Shown: piece after piece, positions 7,587 to 15,149 of the stretch
Layout of the letters: each line of letters begins with the position of its first letter
Position numbering within the stretch: position 1 is the first letter of the stretch
Assembly (NCBI GenBank): GCA_037442865.1
Contig: JBBIPM010000002.1
Location: forward strand, 1-35,865
Direction: 5' to 3'
Origin: Candidatus Woesearchaeota archaeon
Lineage (GTDB): Archaea; Nanobdellota; Nanobdellia; Woesearchaeales; UBA525
DNA length: 35,865 nucleotides
Made by a program: the position numbers and the translations under genes
The notes under the pieces: model-generated
What the model was told of the DNA's origin: nothing
Databases searched by the model: none
Seen by the model: the letters and a program-made list of their open reading frames with translations, nothing else

Positions 7587-8294
7587 ATGACGCGTGCCAA
7601 GCCCTTCATCATCGGCCTCATCCCCGCCCGCGGCGGCTCGAAAGGCGTGCCACGGAAGAACATCGCTCCGCTCTGTGGGAAACCGCTCATCTGGTATACT
7701 ATCCATGCGGCCACCCAATCGAAGCTCCTTCACTCATGCTACGTTTCAACAGAAGACGATGAGATCGCGCGCGTCGCGGAGCGGTACAACGTCCCTGTCA
7801 TCGAACGGCCGAAGCGGCTCGCGACGGACAAGGCACCGACGCTCCCTGTCATTCAGCACGCCTTTCGGACGATCGAGAAGCGGCTCGGGCGGCGGGTCGA
7901 CGCGGTCGTCCTCCTCCAGCCGACGACTCCGTTCAGGAAAGCCGCCGATATCGACGCTGCTATCCGGCTCTTCCTCAGGAAGAGAGCGAACTCCGTCGTC
8001 AGCGTCAGCGAGGTCCCGGCCCATTATAGCCCGTACAAGCAGCTCAAACCGGCAGGGGGCACCCTCGTTCCCTTCACTGGCACGGATACGCCCCGTCGCC
8101 AGGACGCGCCGCCCACGTATTACCGGAACGGCGAAGTGTACGTCACGAGGCGCGACGTCCTGCTTAGCGGTTCGATGTACGGCGACAGCCCGCTTCCTCT
8201 CATCGAGAAGAAACCGCACCGAGTCAACATCGACACGCCTGAAGATATGCTCTACGCGGAGTTCCTTCTCAAGAAGCGGCTCGTGCAGCCGTGA
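7587..8294 (+). CDS. neuA: CMP-nonulosonate synthetase (acylneuraminate cytidylyltransferase), NeuA family
   Basis: The N-terminus, MTRAKPFIIGLIPARGGSKGVPRKNI, is the cytidylyltransferase P-loop-like signature. The SD AGGAG lies 8 nt upstream. The track ORF 7383.. is a 5' over-extension. Confidence 0.85.
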   Translation: MTRAKPFIIGLIPARGGSKGVPRKNIAPLCGKPLIWYTIHAATQSKLLHSCYVSTEDDEIARVAERYNVPVIERPKRLATDKAPTLPVIQHAFRTIEKRLGRRVDAVVLLQPTTPFRKAADIDAAIRLFLRKRANSVVSVSEVPAHYSPYKQLKPAGGTLVPFTGTDTPRRQDAPPTYYRNGEVYVTRRDVLLSGSMYGDSPLPLIEKKPHRVNIDTPEDMLYAEFLLKKRLVQP

Positions 8295-8315
8295 CCTTCT
8301 GTCTGTCCTGTCACC

Positions 8316-9704
8316 TCACCGTTGACCCCTTCCTCTCTTCCCGGAGAGCCCGACGAGACTGAGTACGTGCCTGGCGATCCGTCGGCCGCTCCTTCCGTCC
8401 GCGCCGTTGCAGAGGAGCTGCAGGGCCTCCTTGCGTTCGGCGCTCCTGAGAGTGGGGTCCTCGAGACACGCGTTGATATGGGCGATGAGCTCCTTCTCAT
8501 TCTTCGCGACAGGAATCGCCCTCGTCTCGACGAGCGGCCGCTGATGCTCGAAATCGTAGTATCGTCGCACGCTCTCGATGTACGGTCGTTCACGCTCGCC
8601 GTCGAACCCGACATGGATCGCGGGCCGTCCGGAGGCGAGCGCATCGAGCGCCATCGTCGAAGCGGTGTTGACGCACACCGCTGCGTGGTGGAGCGTCGTC
8701 GCGAGATGGTACATCTCCGCTCGTGTCGGGCTCCAGAAGCGGGAGTCAGTAACGCGCTTTTTGAAGAGCACCCCCTCATCGAAGGGTATCCTTTCCCTGA
8801 CGATTTCCGCGTACGGCTTCGGGTCACGGGGGTGCGGCCGGACGAGGAGCTGCGCGTCACGGATTCGCCCGTCCTTGATCGCCCGATCCACCATGCGGAT
8901 GCAGTCATATTCGTCAGGGAATGAGGGGACGGTCGCGTAGAGGATGATGCGTTTCCGTGGATCGAGGCCGAATCGGCGGCAGAAGGCGGCGCGTGACTCG
9001 AACCGTGCGGTATCTGTGTAGATGTCAAACTGCGGCGGACCCGAAACGAGAATGTCTTCTGGTTTCATGCAGTGGTACCGGATGAGCTGCTGCTTGTTCA
9101 CCTCGTTCCAGACGATCGCCTTCTCCGGGATGACCGGGATCTCGCCCTTGTTCGTCAGGTTGTCCCAGCTCCCCACCTGCACGACGGTGGGAATCCCGAG
9201 GAGCTTCGCCTCCTTCAGCACGTACTGGTCCGGCGCGAGGAAGACGGGGGAGACAAAGACGAGGTCCGGCCGGTATCTCTTGAGCAGCCGCGCGTATCTG
9301 CGATGGCGGCAGAGGCGCGCCTCGAGCCAGCGGAGAGACGCGGCCGTGGCCTTGTTGCTGATCGCTTTGCTGGAGAACAACCCCGCGAGGGCCCTCTGGA
9401 TCGGCCCCTCCCTTCTGAACTCCTCGACTTTCACGAGCATCGTCGATATCCGATGCCGGTTGCTGAAGACGGCGACGCGCGACTTCCGCAGGAGGTTTTC
9501 CAGCGGTCCGGGTGGCGCGGTGTCGAGGGGTTCGAAGATGACGTTCCGCCCTTCCATCTCCTCCCGGAACGCATCATCTGCCGCGTAGGGGGTGACGAGG
9601 ACTATCCTGAGGTCTGGACGCCCCCTGAGAAGACGATAGAAATCCGTCCTGAGGAGGTCACGGACCAGCTGGCCCCAGGAGATTGCGATGAGGACGGTCT
9701 TCAT
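8316..9704 (-). CDS. GT-B-fold transferase-like protein (TagF/sialyltransferase-like 'HP' motif); specificity unknown
   Basis: 462 aa with coding-like C/G-ending codons. It has two Rossmann-like halves, LLVRPHPRDPKPY in the C-terminal half, and a later NTASTMALDALASGRPAIHVG segment. A TATA box lies ~33 nt upstream of the ATG at 9704. The coding call is strong; the function is tentative. Confidence 0.6.
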   Translation of the reverse strand: MKTVLIAISWGQLVRDLLRTDFYRLLRGRPDLRIVLVTPYAADDAFREEMEGRNVIFEPLDTAPPGPLENLLRKSRVAVFSNRHRISTMLVKVEEFRREGPIQRALAGLFSSKAISNKATAASLRWLEARLCRHRRYARLLKRYRPDLVFVSPVFLAPDQYVLKEAKLLGIPTVVQVGSWDNLTNKGEIPVIPEKAIVWNEVNKQQLIRYHCMKPEDILVSGPPQFDIYTDTARFESRAAFCRRFGLDPRKRIILYATVPSFPDEYDCIRMVDRAIKDGRIRDAQLLVRPHPRDPKPYAEIVRERIPFDEGVLFKKRVTDSRFWSPTRAEMYHLATTLHHAAVCVNTASTMALDALASGRPAIHVGFDGERERPYIESVRRYYDFEHQRPLVETRAIPVAKNEKELIAHINACLEDPTLRSAERKEALQLLCNGADGRSGRRIARHVLSLVGLSGKRGRGQR

Positions 9705-9732
9705 CGGGTTCTCCCTCGGAGTGACTCGTCTC

Positions 9733-9742
9733 TTTTTATATT
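9733..9742 (-). promoter_or_regulatory. TATA box for the 8316..9704 gene
   Basis: TTTTTATATT (plus-strand reading) lies ~30-35 nt upstream of the minus-strand ATG at 9704. Confidence 0.45.
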
Positions 9743-9781
9743 CTTCCTCGAATTTCGGTCGAGGGTTCCCCGCCTTCTCTG

Positions 9782-10687
9782 ATGCTCGGAGCCGCCGCGA
9801 TCCTGAAGGAGCATTGCGGCGAGTACTTCGATCTCGAACGTGAATCCCCGTACATGCTTCTGATCGCGGACGTCAGGAAGCCCGACGTCGTCCCTTCTAT
9901 CACCCACGTCGATAACACCGCGCGGGTCCAGACCGTGACGAAAGAGGAGAACGACCTCTTCTATGACCTAATCAAGGCCTTCCAGGAGATAACCGGCGTG
10001 CCCTGCGTCTTGAACACCTCGTTCAACGACAACGGGGAGTCGATCGTGGAGACGCCGATAGACGCGATTCTCTGCTTTTTCAAGACAGGAATGGACTACC
10101 TCGTCCTCGGAAACCATCTTCTCGACATCAAGAGGATCCCTTCGAAGGATGACGTCCAGAGGGTGATGGAGAATGATCGGGCCGCCGCGATTGCGGCGAG
10201 GCGAGAGGAGTTCCTCCGTCGATTCTTCACGAGGTACGATGAACGGGAACGCGACCACTTCATCTCCGAGTCCAACAAGATGGCTGAATGGCATGCGAAG
10301 TACCGCTCGAAATACGAGCTCGAGAAGCGCGTCGGGGAATGGGTCGCTGCGGGCACGAGAATACTGATAGTGGGCGAACGGGACCACACGGAATTCCTCC
10401 GACGTCATATCAATGGGTTCTGGAACCTGCTCGTCGTCGGGTTCTGCGACTACGGCCATGGATTCGAACAGGATCATCCGCCCGGGTTCCCGTATCCGGT
10501 GGTCTCGTCAGAGGAGGCGGCCGAGAAGGGTTACGACGCAGTCCTCATCTCTTCTTTCGAGCACAACTTCTCCATCCTGCCCTGGCTCGAAAGGTGGAAC
10601 GCGAAACCGGTCTTCCCGATCTACGATAACGCCTCGCGCAGCCTAATGGAGACGATCGAGGGTTTTCCGCCGTTCAGGCCCCTTTGA
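9782..10687 (+). CDS. Carbamoyltransferase (NodU/CmcH family) C-terminal-domain fragment joined to a ~190-aa Rossmann-like extension; N-terminal catalytic half missing
   Basis: The ORF opens inside the conserved carbamoyltransferase C-domain: ...EYFDLERESPYMLL..., HVDNTARVQTV (9905-9937), VLNTSFNDNGESIVETP. Full-length family members have ~350-400 more N-terminal residues. Upstream there is only 57 nt of open frame with no resemblance, then a stop at 9722-9724. The extension contains TRILIVGERDH...LLVVGFCDYG...YDAVLISS. Confidence 0.65.
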   Translation: MLGAAAILKEHCGEYFDLERESPYMLLIADVRKPDVVPSITHVDNTARVQTVTKEENDLFYDLIKAFQEITGVPCVLNTSFNDNGESIVETPIDAILCFFKTGMDYLVLGNHLLDIKRIPSKDDVQRVMENDRAAAIAARREEFLRRFFTRYDERERDHFISESNKMAEWHAKYRSKYELEKRVGEWVAAGTRILIVGERDHTEFLRRHINGFWNLLVVGFCDYGHGFEQDHPPGFPYPVVSSEEAAEKGYDAVLISSFEHNFSILPWLERWNAKPVFPIYDNASRSLMETIEGFPPFRPL

Positions 10688-10696
10688 GGGATAACG

Positions 10697-11602
10697 ATGG
10701 ATCAACAAGCGGACGAACACCTCGTCGTCCTCTACTACTATGTGACTGACGAGGAAGGATTCGTCAGGATCACTCCGCGCCTCTTCGCACGTCATCTGGA
10801 TTATTTCCGCCGTGAGGGTTATGTCCCTTGCACGGTGCGCGATCTCGTGCACTGGCTTCGAGGCGAGCGCTCATTGACCAAAAGGACTCTCTGCATCAAC
10901 TTCGACGACGGCCTCCGGTGCCAGCACGCCGAGGCCTTCCCCCTCCTCCGCGCCGCCAGCTACACTGGCTGCTTCTTCATGTCCACGAACAACGTTACGA
11001 ACGGGCGCGTCCTGAACGTCCACCGGATCCACCTCCTTTTGAGGCATCATCCAGTAGAAGTAGTCGGGGAGGCATTCACGGCCCTGACAGGGATCTCCGT
11101 CCCAACGGACATCCGTCTTAATCCGCGAAAGCGCTGGGACTCTGCCTACGTCGCCAACCTGAAGTTCCTCCTTCATCAGAGTCAAGATGTCCTCGACGAG
11201 CTGTTCTGCGGTTTCTTCACCGAGGAGAAGGATGAGGCGAGTCGTCTCTACTTCGGCTTCGAGGAGGCGAAGGAGCTGCTCGCCGCGGGGATGGATTTCG
11301 GCGGCCACACGATGAACCACGTCTTCCTCGCTGGCCTGTCTGAGCGCCGGCAACGCGAAGAGCTACCCGGCTCCAAGAGCGTTCTCGAACAGAACATAGG
11401 GCGGCCAGTCGACCTCCTCTCCTATCCGAGCGGTTCCTTCGACGAGACGACCATAGCCATCGCCCGCGAGCTCTGCTTCGTCGGCGGGCTCACTGTCCGG
11501 ACCGCGGAGAATACAGGAACGACCGATCCTTTCCGTATCAACCGTCTCGACGCGAACCACATAACGGAGAGGCTTCGACAGGAAGAAAAAGATGGTCGCT
11601 AG
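10697..11602 (+). CDS. Polysaccharide deacetylase (CE4 family)
   Basis: The SD GAGGG lies 8 nt upstream. CE4-type motifs: LCINFDDGLRCQ (the DD metal/catalytic motif), GGHTMNH (His motif), and LLSYPSGSFD. Confidence 0.8.
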   Translation: MDQQADEHLVVLYYYVTDEEGFVRITPRLFARHLDYFRREGYVPCTVRDLVHWLRGERSLTKRTLCINFDDGLRCQHAEAFPLLRAASYTGCFFMSTNNVTNGRVLNVHRIHLLLRHHPVEVVGEAFTALTGISVPTDIRLNPRKRWDSAYVANLKFLLHQSQDVLDELFCGFFTEEKDEASRLYFGFEEAKELLAAGMDFGGHTMNHVFLAGLSERRQREELPGSKSVLEQNIGRPVDLLSYPSGSFDETTIAIARELCFVGGLTVRTAENTGTTDPFRINRLDANHITERLRQEEKDGR

Positions 11603-11642
11603 AACTGTCCGCTCACTAGAACCTCCTCTTCCCGACTTCATC

Positions 11643-11650
11643 TTTTTTTT
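11643..11650 (+). terminator. T8 tract downstream of the deacetylase gene
   Basis: TTTTTTTT lies 41 nt after the stop at 11602. Confidence 0.4.
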
Positions 11651-11952
11651 CGGCCGAGCCCGTTTTCCTGGTCTTCCCTCTCGTCATGCACGAGCGGCTT
11701 TCGCTGCGCTTGAGACTCGCTTCGCGTAGCGTTCGGCCCCGGGATCACGGGGGTCTGCCGTTTCCCTTCCTGTTCTTGAAACACTCCTTCCCAGGGCGGT
11801 CATGAACCAACCCGTTCCTATCCTCGTTCCTCCCCGGTCTGAGAAACCGACAATGAGGCCTGAGGTGTCGTCAGGTTGTAGCGGTCCTGGGTGGTGCCCG
11901 ATGAAACCCTAAGAACGCGCCTCTTGTTCCGGAACGATGAGGAGCGTAGGTA

Positions 11953-12909
11953 TCACGACCGTTGCGCCGCGATCACGTACGCATAATATTTCCTAAGACC
12001 TTCCTCGAACGGCGTTATCCTCTCCTGGTCGAAGTAGGTGCGGAGCGAGTTCTTCGCGATGAAGGACCGCACCTGGCCGGGACGTTCGCCGACGTGGCGC
12101 TTCTTCACCTTCTTCCCGGTTATCCGCTCGATGTGTTCGACGATCTGGTTCACCGTGGTCGGGATGCCGCTGCCGAACGTGTAGACGTTGCACGCCGCCG
12201 CGCGCGGGTTCTTGAAGATCTCGAGATAGCCGCGCGCAACATCCTCGATGTAGATGAAGTCCCGTGCCTGCTCCCCATCGCCGTGGATCTCGATCTCCTC
12301 GTCGTTCATGATCCGCTGGAAGAAGATGGCTATCACGGCGCCGTGACCGCCTGCCTTTTGCAGTGGGCCGAAGACGTTGAACGGCCGGACGATGTCGACC
12401 TTGAGGCCGTACGTCTGCGCATAGGCGTAGGCGAGCCGCTCAGCGGCCGTCTTGCTCGCGGCGTAGGGGCTCTTCGGGTTGAGCATCGCATCTTCGTCGA
12501 TGTTCTCGCCGCCCCCGTAGACTTCGCACGTGCTGGCCAGGATGACGCGGGTTTTGTTCTTCAGTGCCCAGTTCAGGACGTTGGCCGTGCCCTTGACGTT
12601 GGTGTCCAGGAACGAGTCCGGACGCTGGATGGATTCGTCCACGTTGATTTTCGCTGCGAGGTGGAAGACAGTGGAGCATTGGGGGATAATCCTCTCGAGT
12701 AGCTCGATCTCTGTGACGCTCCCCCAAAGCAGATGGAGGTTCTCCCCGATGCTCGCCTCAGGCGTGTGCGCCAGGAGCCAGGCAAGATTCCTTTGTGCGT
12801 CGACACTCGGGGTGTTGAGGACAAAGATGTTATGCCCTTCGCGGAGCAGTTGCTGGGTGAGATGCGTCCCTTGGAACCCGAGCCCGCCTGTGACGAGTAT
12901 CTTCTCCAT
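11953..12909 (-). CDS. Extended-SDR NAD-dependent sugar epimerase/dehydratase (RfbB/UXS-like)
   Basis: The N-terminus MEKILVTGGLGFQGTHL carries the GxxGxxG motif. The catalytic YAASK (YxxxK) is present, as are STCEVYGG and RPFNVFGP. It is 318 aa. Confidence 0.85.
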   Translation of the reverse strand: MEKILVTGGLGFQGTHLTQQLLREGHNIFVLNTPSVDAQRNLAWLLAHTPEASIGENLHLLWGSVTEIELLERIIPQCSTVFHLAAKINVDESIQRPDSFLDTNVKGTANVLNWALKNKTRVILASTCEVYGGGENIDEDAMLNPKSPYAASKTAAERLAYAYAQTYGLKVDIVRPFNVFGPLQKAGGHGAVIAIFFQRIMNDEEIEIHGDGEQARDFIYIEDVARGYLEIFKNPRAAACNVYTFGSGIPTTVNQIVEHIERITGKKVKKRHVGERPGQVRSFIAKNSLRTYFDQERITPFEEGLRKYYAYVIAAQRS

Positions 12910-13035
12910 TGGCTCTTCCTTTGCACGCGGCGTTTCTGGCGAGTCGCTTAAAAATATTCCTGTTTTTTTCGCTGATCCCGTGCCGTTCTCTCATTGTTCG
13001 ACCTTCTTCATTCACTCCCCTCTGTCCGTGACCCG

Positions 13036-14220
13036 TCACTGATCATCCTGCGCTGCGCTCATCACGATCTCCGCGAAGCGGGCAGCGTAGCGTCTGGTCG
13101 AGAACGCCTGAGCCCGTCGGTGGCTGTTCTCGCCCATCGTTTTCGCCCGTCCAGGATGCTCATGGAAGAATCGGATTCTCTCCGCGATCGCGTCGCTGTC
13201 CCGGATCGGGACGACGTAGCCGTCGATTCCGTCGCGGACGACGGAGCCGCTGTGCTCCGTGACGATGCAGGGGAGGCCGCATGCCATCGCTTCGATCACC
13301 GCCTGCGGGCACCCTTCGCTCAGGGAGGGGAAGACGAGAATCGAACCGCCTTGAAGATGCGGGAGAGGATCGACGTGGCCGAGGAACCGGATGCTCGGCT
13401 CATTCCAGTATCGCGGGAAGGTCTTCTTGAACTTCTCCTCGACGGTTCCGCAGAGGACGAGCTCCGCGTCCCGGAGCATAAGTTGTTCCCACGCCTCGAG
13501 GAGGTAGTGGACCCCCTTCCAGAACGAGACCATGCCGACGAAGACGACGCGGAACCTGTCCGGTCGTTTCTTCGCGGGACGAAACCGGTCAAGGTTCGCG
13601 TACATATGGATCGGTTCCGTCGAGATCTTCGTCGCAGGGATTCCGTTCTCGATGAGGGTGCGCCGAACGTACTCTGATCGGGCGAATATGAGGTCGGCTT
13701 CGCGATAGGAATCGTTGTCGGCCTCCTCGATGGCCACGTATTCTGCGACATTGTACGTGAGGCCGTACTTGGCGTACTCCTCAGTCATCAGCGTCCGCAC
13801 GTACTCCATGTGCCCGGTCGAGGCGATGACGAAGACCTTCATCCCCTGCCGCTTCGCCGCGGCGATCTCGCACGTCAGGGACGAGTTGCAGCAGAGGAGG
13901 ACGTCCGTCTCCCCGGGGTGGCGGTCGATGTAACGGGCGGCGAACCGGTCGTAGAGGATGTTCTGCCCGATGTACCGCACCGGGACGCGTTGCGTGATCA
14001 GGGTGATGCCGAAGAGCATCCTCGGCAGGAGGTTACCGAAGGGGAGAGGAGTGACGACGTGTCCTCGTTCGAGCCGAGAAGGCCGTCGTCGTGACACGCC
14101 GCGGCAGAGCACCTTACTGAGCATCCCCCGCTTCGCGAGTTCGACGCCGAGCAGCTCCGGTTCGAAGCCCCTCGGCGTCTCCGGGTTGCCGATGTCTGTG
14201 TAGGCGCTGACGAGGATCAT
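13036..14220 (-). CDS. GT4-family (GT-B) glycosyltransferase
   Basis: C-terminal E-x7-E region: FPSLSEGCPQAVIEAMACGLPCIVTE. I set the start at ATG 14220 (MILVSAY...). The track extension to GTG 14337 runs through the 33-bp tandem repeat. It uses many A/T-ending codons (ACA, CGA, CAA, GGA, AAA, GCT) that are rare in the gene body. The alternative start at 14337 cannot be excluded. Confidence 0.82.
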   Translation of the reverse strand: MILVSAYTDIGNPETPRGFEPELLGVELAKRGMLSKVLCRGVSRRRPSRLERGHVVTPLPFGNLLPRMLFGITLITQRVPVRYIGQNILYDRFAARYIDRHPGETDVLLCCNSSLTCEIAAAKRQGMKVFVIASTGHMEYVRTLMTEEYAKYGLTYNVAEYVAIEEADNDSYREADLIFARSEYVRRTLIENGIPATKISTEPIHMYANLDRFRPAKKRPDRFRVVFVGMVSFWKGVHYLLEAWEQLMLRDAELVLCGTVEEKFKKTFPRYWNEPSIRFLGHVDPLPHLQGGSILVFPSLSEGCPQAVIEAMACGLPCIVTEHSGSVVRDGIDGYVVPIRDSDAIAERIRFFHEHPGRAKTMGENSHRRAQAFSTRRYAARFAEIVMSAAQDDQ

Positions 14221-14237
14221 GGGAAGTCGCGCGCCGT

Positions 14238-14329
14238 TCCCTCGCCGCCTCGCTCCTTGTTTAGCTGTCGTCCCTCGCCGCCTCGCTCCTTGTTTAGCTG
14301 TCGTCCCTCGCCGCCTCGTTCCTCCTTGT
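14238..14329. repeat. 33-bp tandem direct repeat: two perfect copies plus a degenerate third
   Basis: The unit TCCCTCGCCGCCTCGCTCCTTGTTTAGCTGTCG occurs at 14238-14270 and identically at 14271-14303. A third copy from 14304 keeps the first 15 nt, has a 3-nt insertion, and then diverges. Confidence 0.95.
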
Positions 14330-14358
14330 CGTGTCACTCCCTCACGTGTTCGGGAATC

Positions 14359-14374
14359 AATTTAAATAATTAAT
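14359..14374. promoter_or_regulatory. Shared A/T-rich TATA element between divergent genes
   Basis: AATTTAAATAATTAAT is centred ~24 nt from the + ATG at 14390 and ~29 nt from the minus-strand GTG at 14337. Confidence 0.55.
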
Positions 14375-14389
14375 CGACACCCATTCCTC

Positions 14390-15145
14390 ATGCGCCTCAT
14401 CGTCCGGGATGATGACATCTCCTACTTCACCGATCCCCGACGACTCAATGGGCTCTACAAAGGGATATGGGAGAAGATCCCGATCCATCTCGCCGTCGTC
14501 CCGCACCTCTATGCGCGTCAAGCGGAGATTCCTCCCGGGGCGAAGCCGACGAAAGACTATTACTGGGTTGGTGAGAACAAACGGCTCGTCGCGTATCTGA
14601 AGAAGCGGATCGCGGAGGGGAAGGTCGTCATCTGGCAGCACGGCTTCACGCACCGCGACTGGCCGGGCGGCTTCGAGCTCGAGCGGCGCGACCGGAAGCG
14701 GCTCCGGGACGACCTGCGCAGAGGCAAGGAGCACCTCGAACGCGCCTTCTCAGTGACGGTCGACACCCTCGTCGCGCCGCACGACCGCCTCTCCAAGGCT
14801 GCGGTCCTCGCCGCGGAGGATGCGGGTTTCGCGCGGATCTGCCGCGGCTTCGCGCCCTTACCGCGCGAGATCAGATGGACGGATCCCGGGTATCTCGTTT
14901 CCTATTTTCATCTTTTCCTCTTCTGGCTACTCAAGGGACGAGGCGCTAGGTTCCCGCGACCCCTGCTTCTCGGCAACCACGAGGAGACGTTCTTCTATCG
15001 TATCGAGGAATTGAACGCCGAGTCGATTCCCCGCGCGACGGCTCTGGCCCGGAGAGGCGACGGCTTCCTTCGCGTCACGATGCATCACCTGGGCGCCACG
15101 CCCGCGCAGCGATGGACGCTCAGGCGTCTCGTCGATTCGTCATGA
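14390..15145 (+). CDS. DUF2334-like / polysaccharide deacetylase-fold protein
   Basis: The N-terminus MRLIVRDDDISYFTD (beta-strand followed by DD) and the later IWQHGFTHRD resemble the divergent CE4-fold 'predicted deacetylase' family. It is 251 aa with leaderless spacing from the TATA box. Confidence 0.6.
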   Translation: MRLIVRDDDISYFTDPRRLNGLYKGIWEKIPIHLAVVPHLYARQAEIPPGAKPTKDYYWVGENKRLVAYLKKRIAEGKVVIWQHGFTHRDWPGGFELERRDRKRLRDDLRRGKEHLERAFSVTVDTLVAPHDRLSKAAVLAAEDAGFARICRGFAPLPREIRWTDPGYLVSYFHLFLFWLLKGRGARFPRPLLLGNHEETFFYRIEELNAESIPRATALARRGDGFLRVTMHHLGATPAQRWTLRRLVDSS

Positions 15146-15149
15146 CCGG

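Noticed and set aside
14221-14337. N-terminal extension of the GT4 ORF through the 33-bp repeat (track start GTG 14337)
   Set aside because: I did not adopt it as the primary model. About half of the codons in the extension end in A/T (ACA, CGA, CAA, GGA, AAA, GCT), unlike the gene body, and MILVSAY... is a normal GT4 N-terminus. It is kept as an alternative because GTG 14337 has leaderless spacing from the TATA box.
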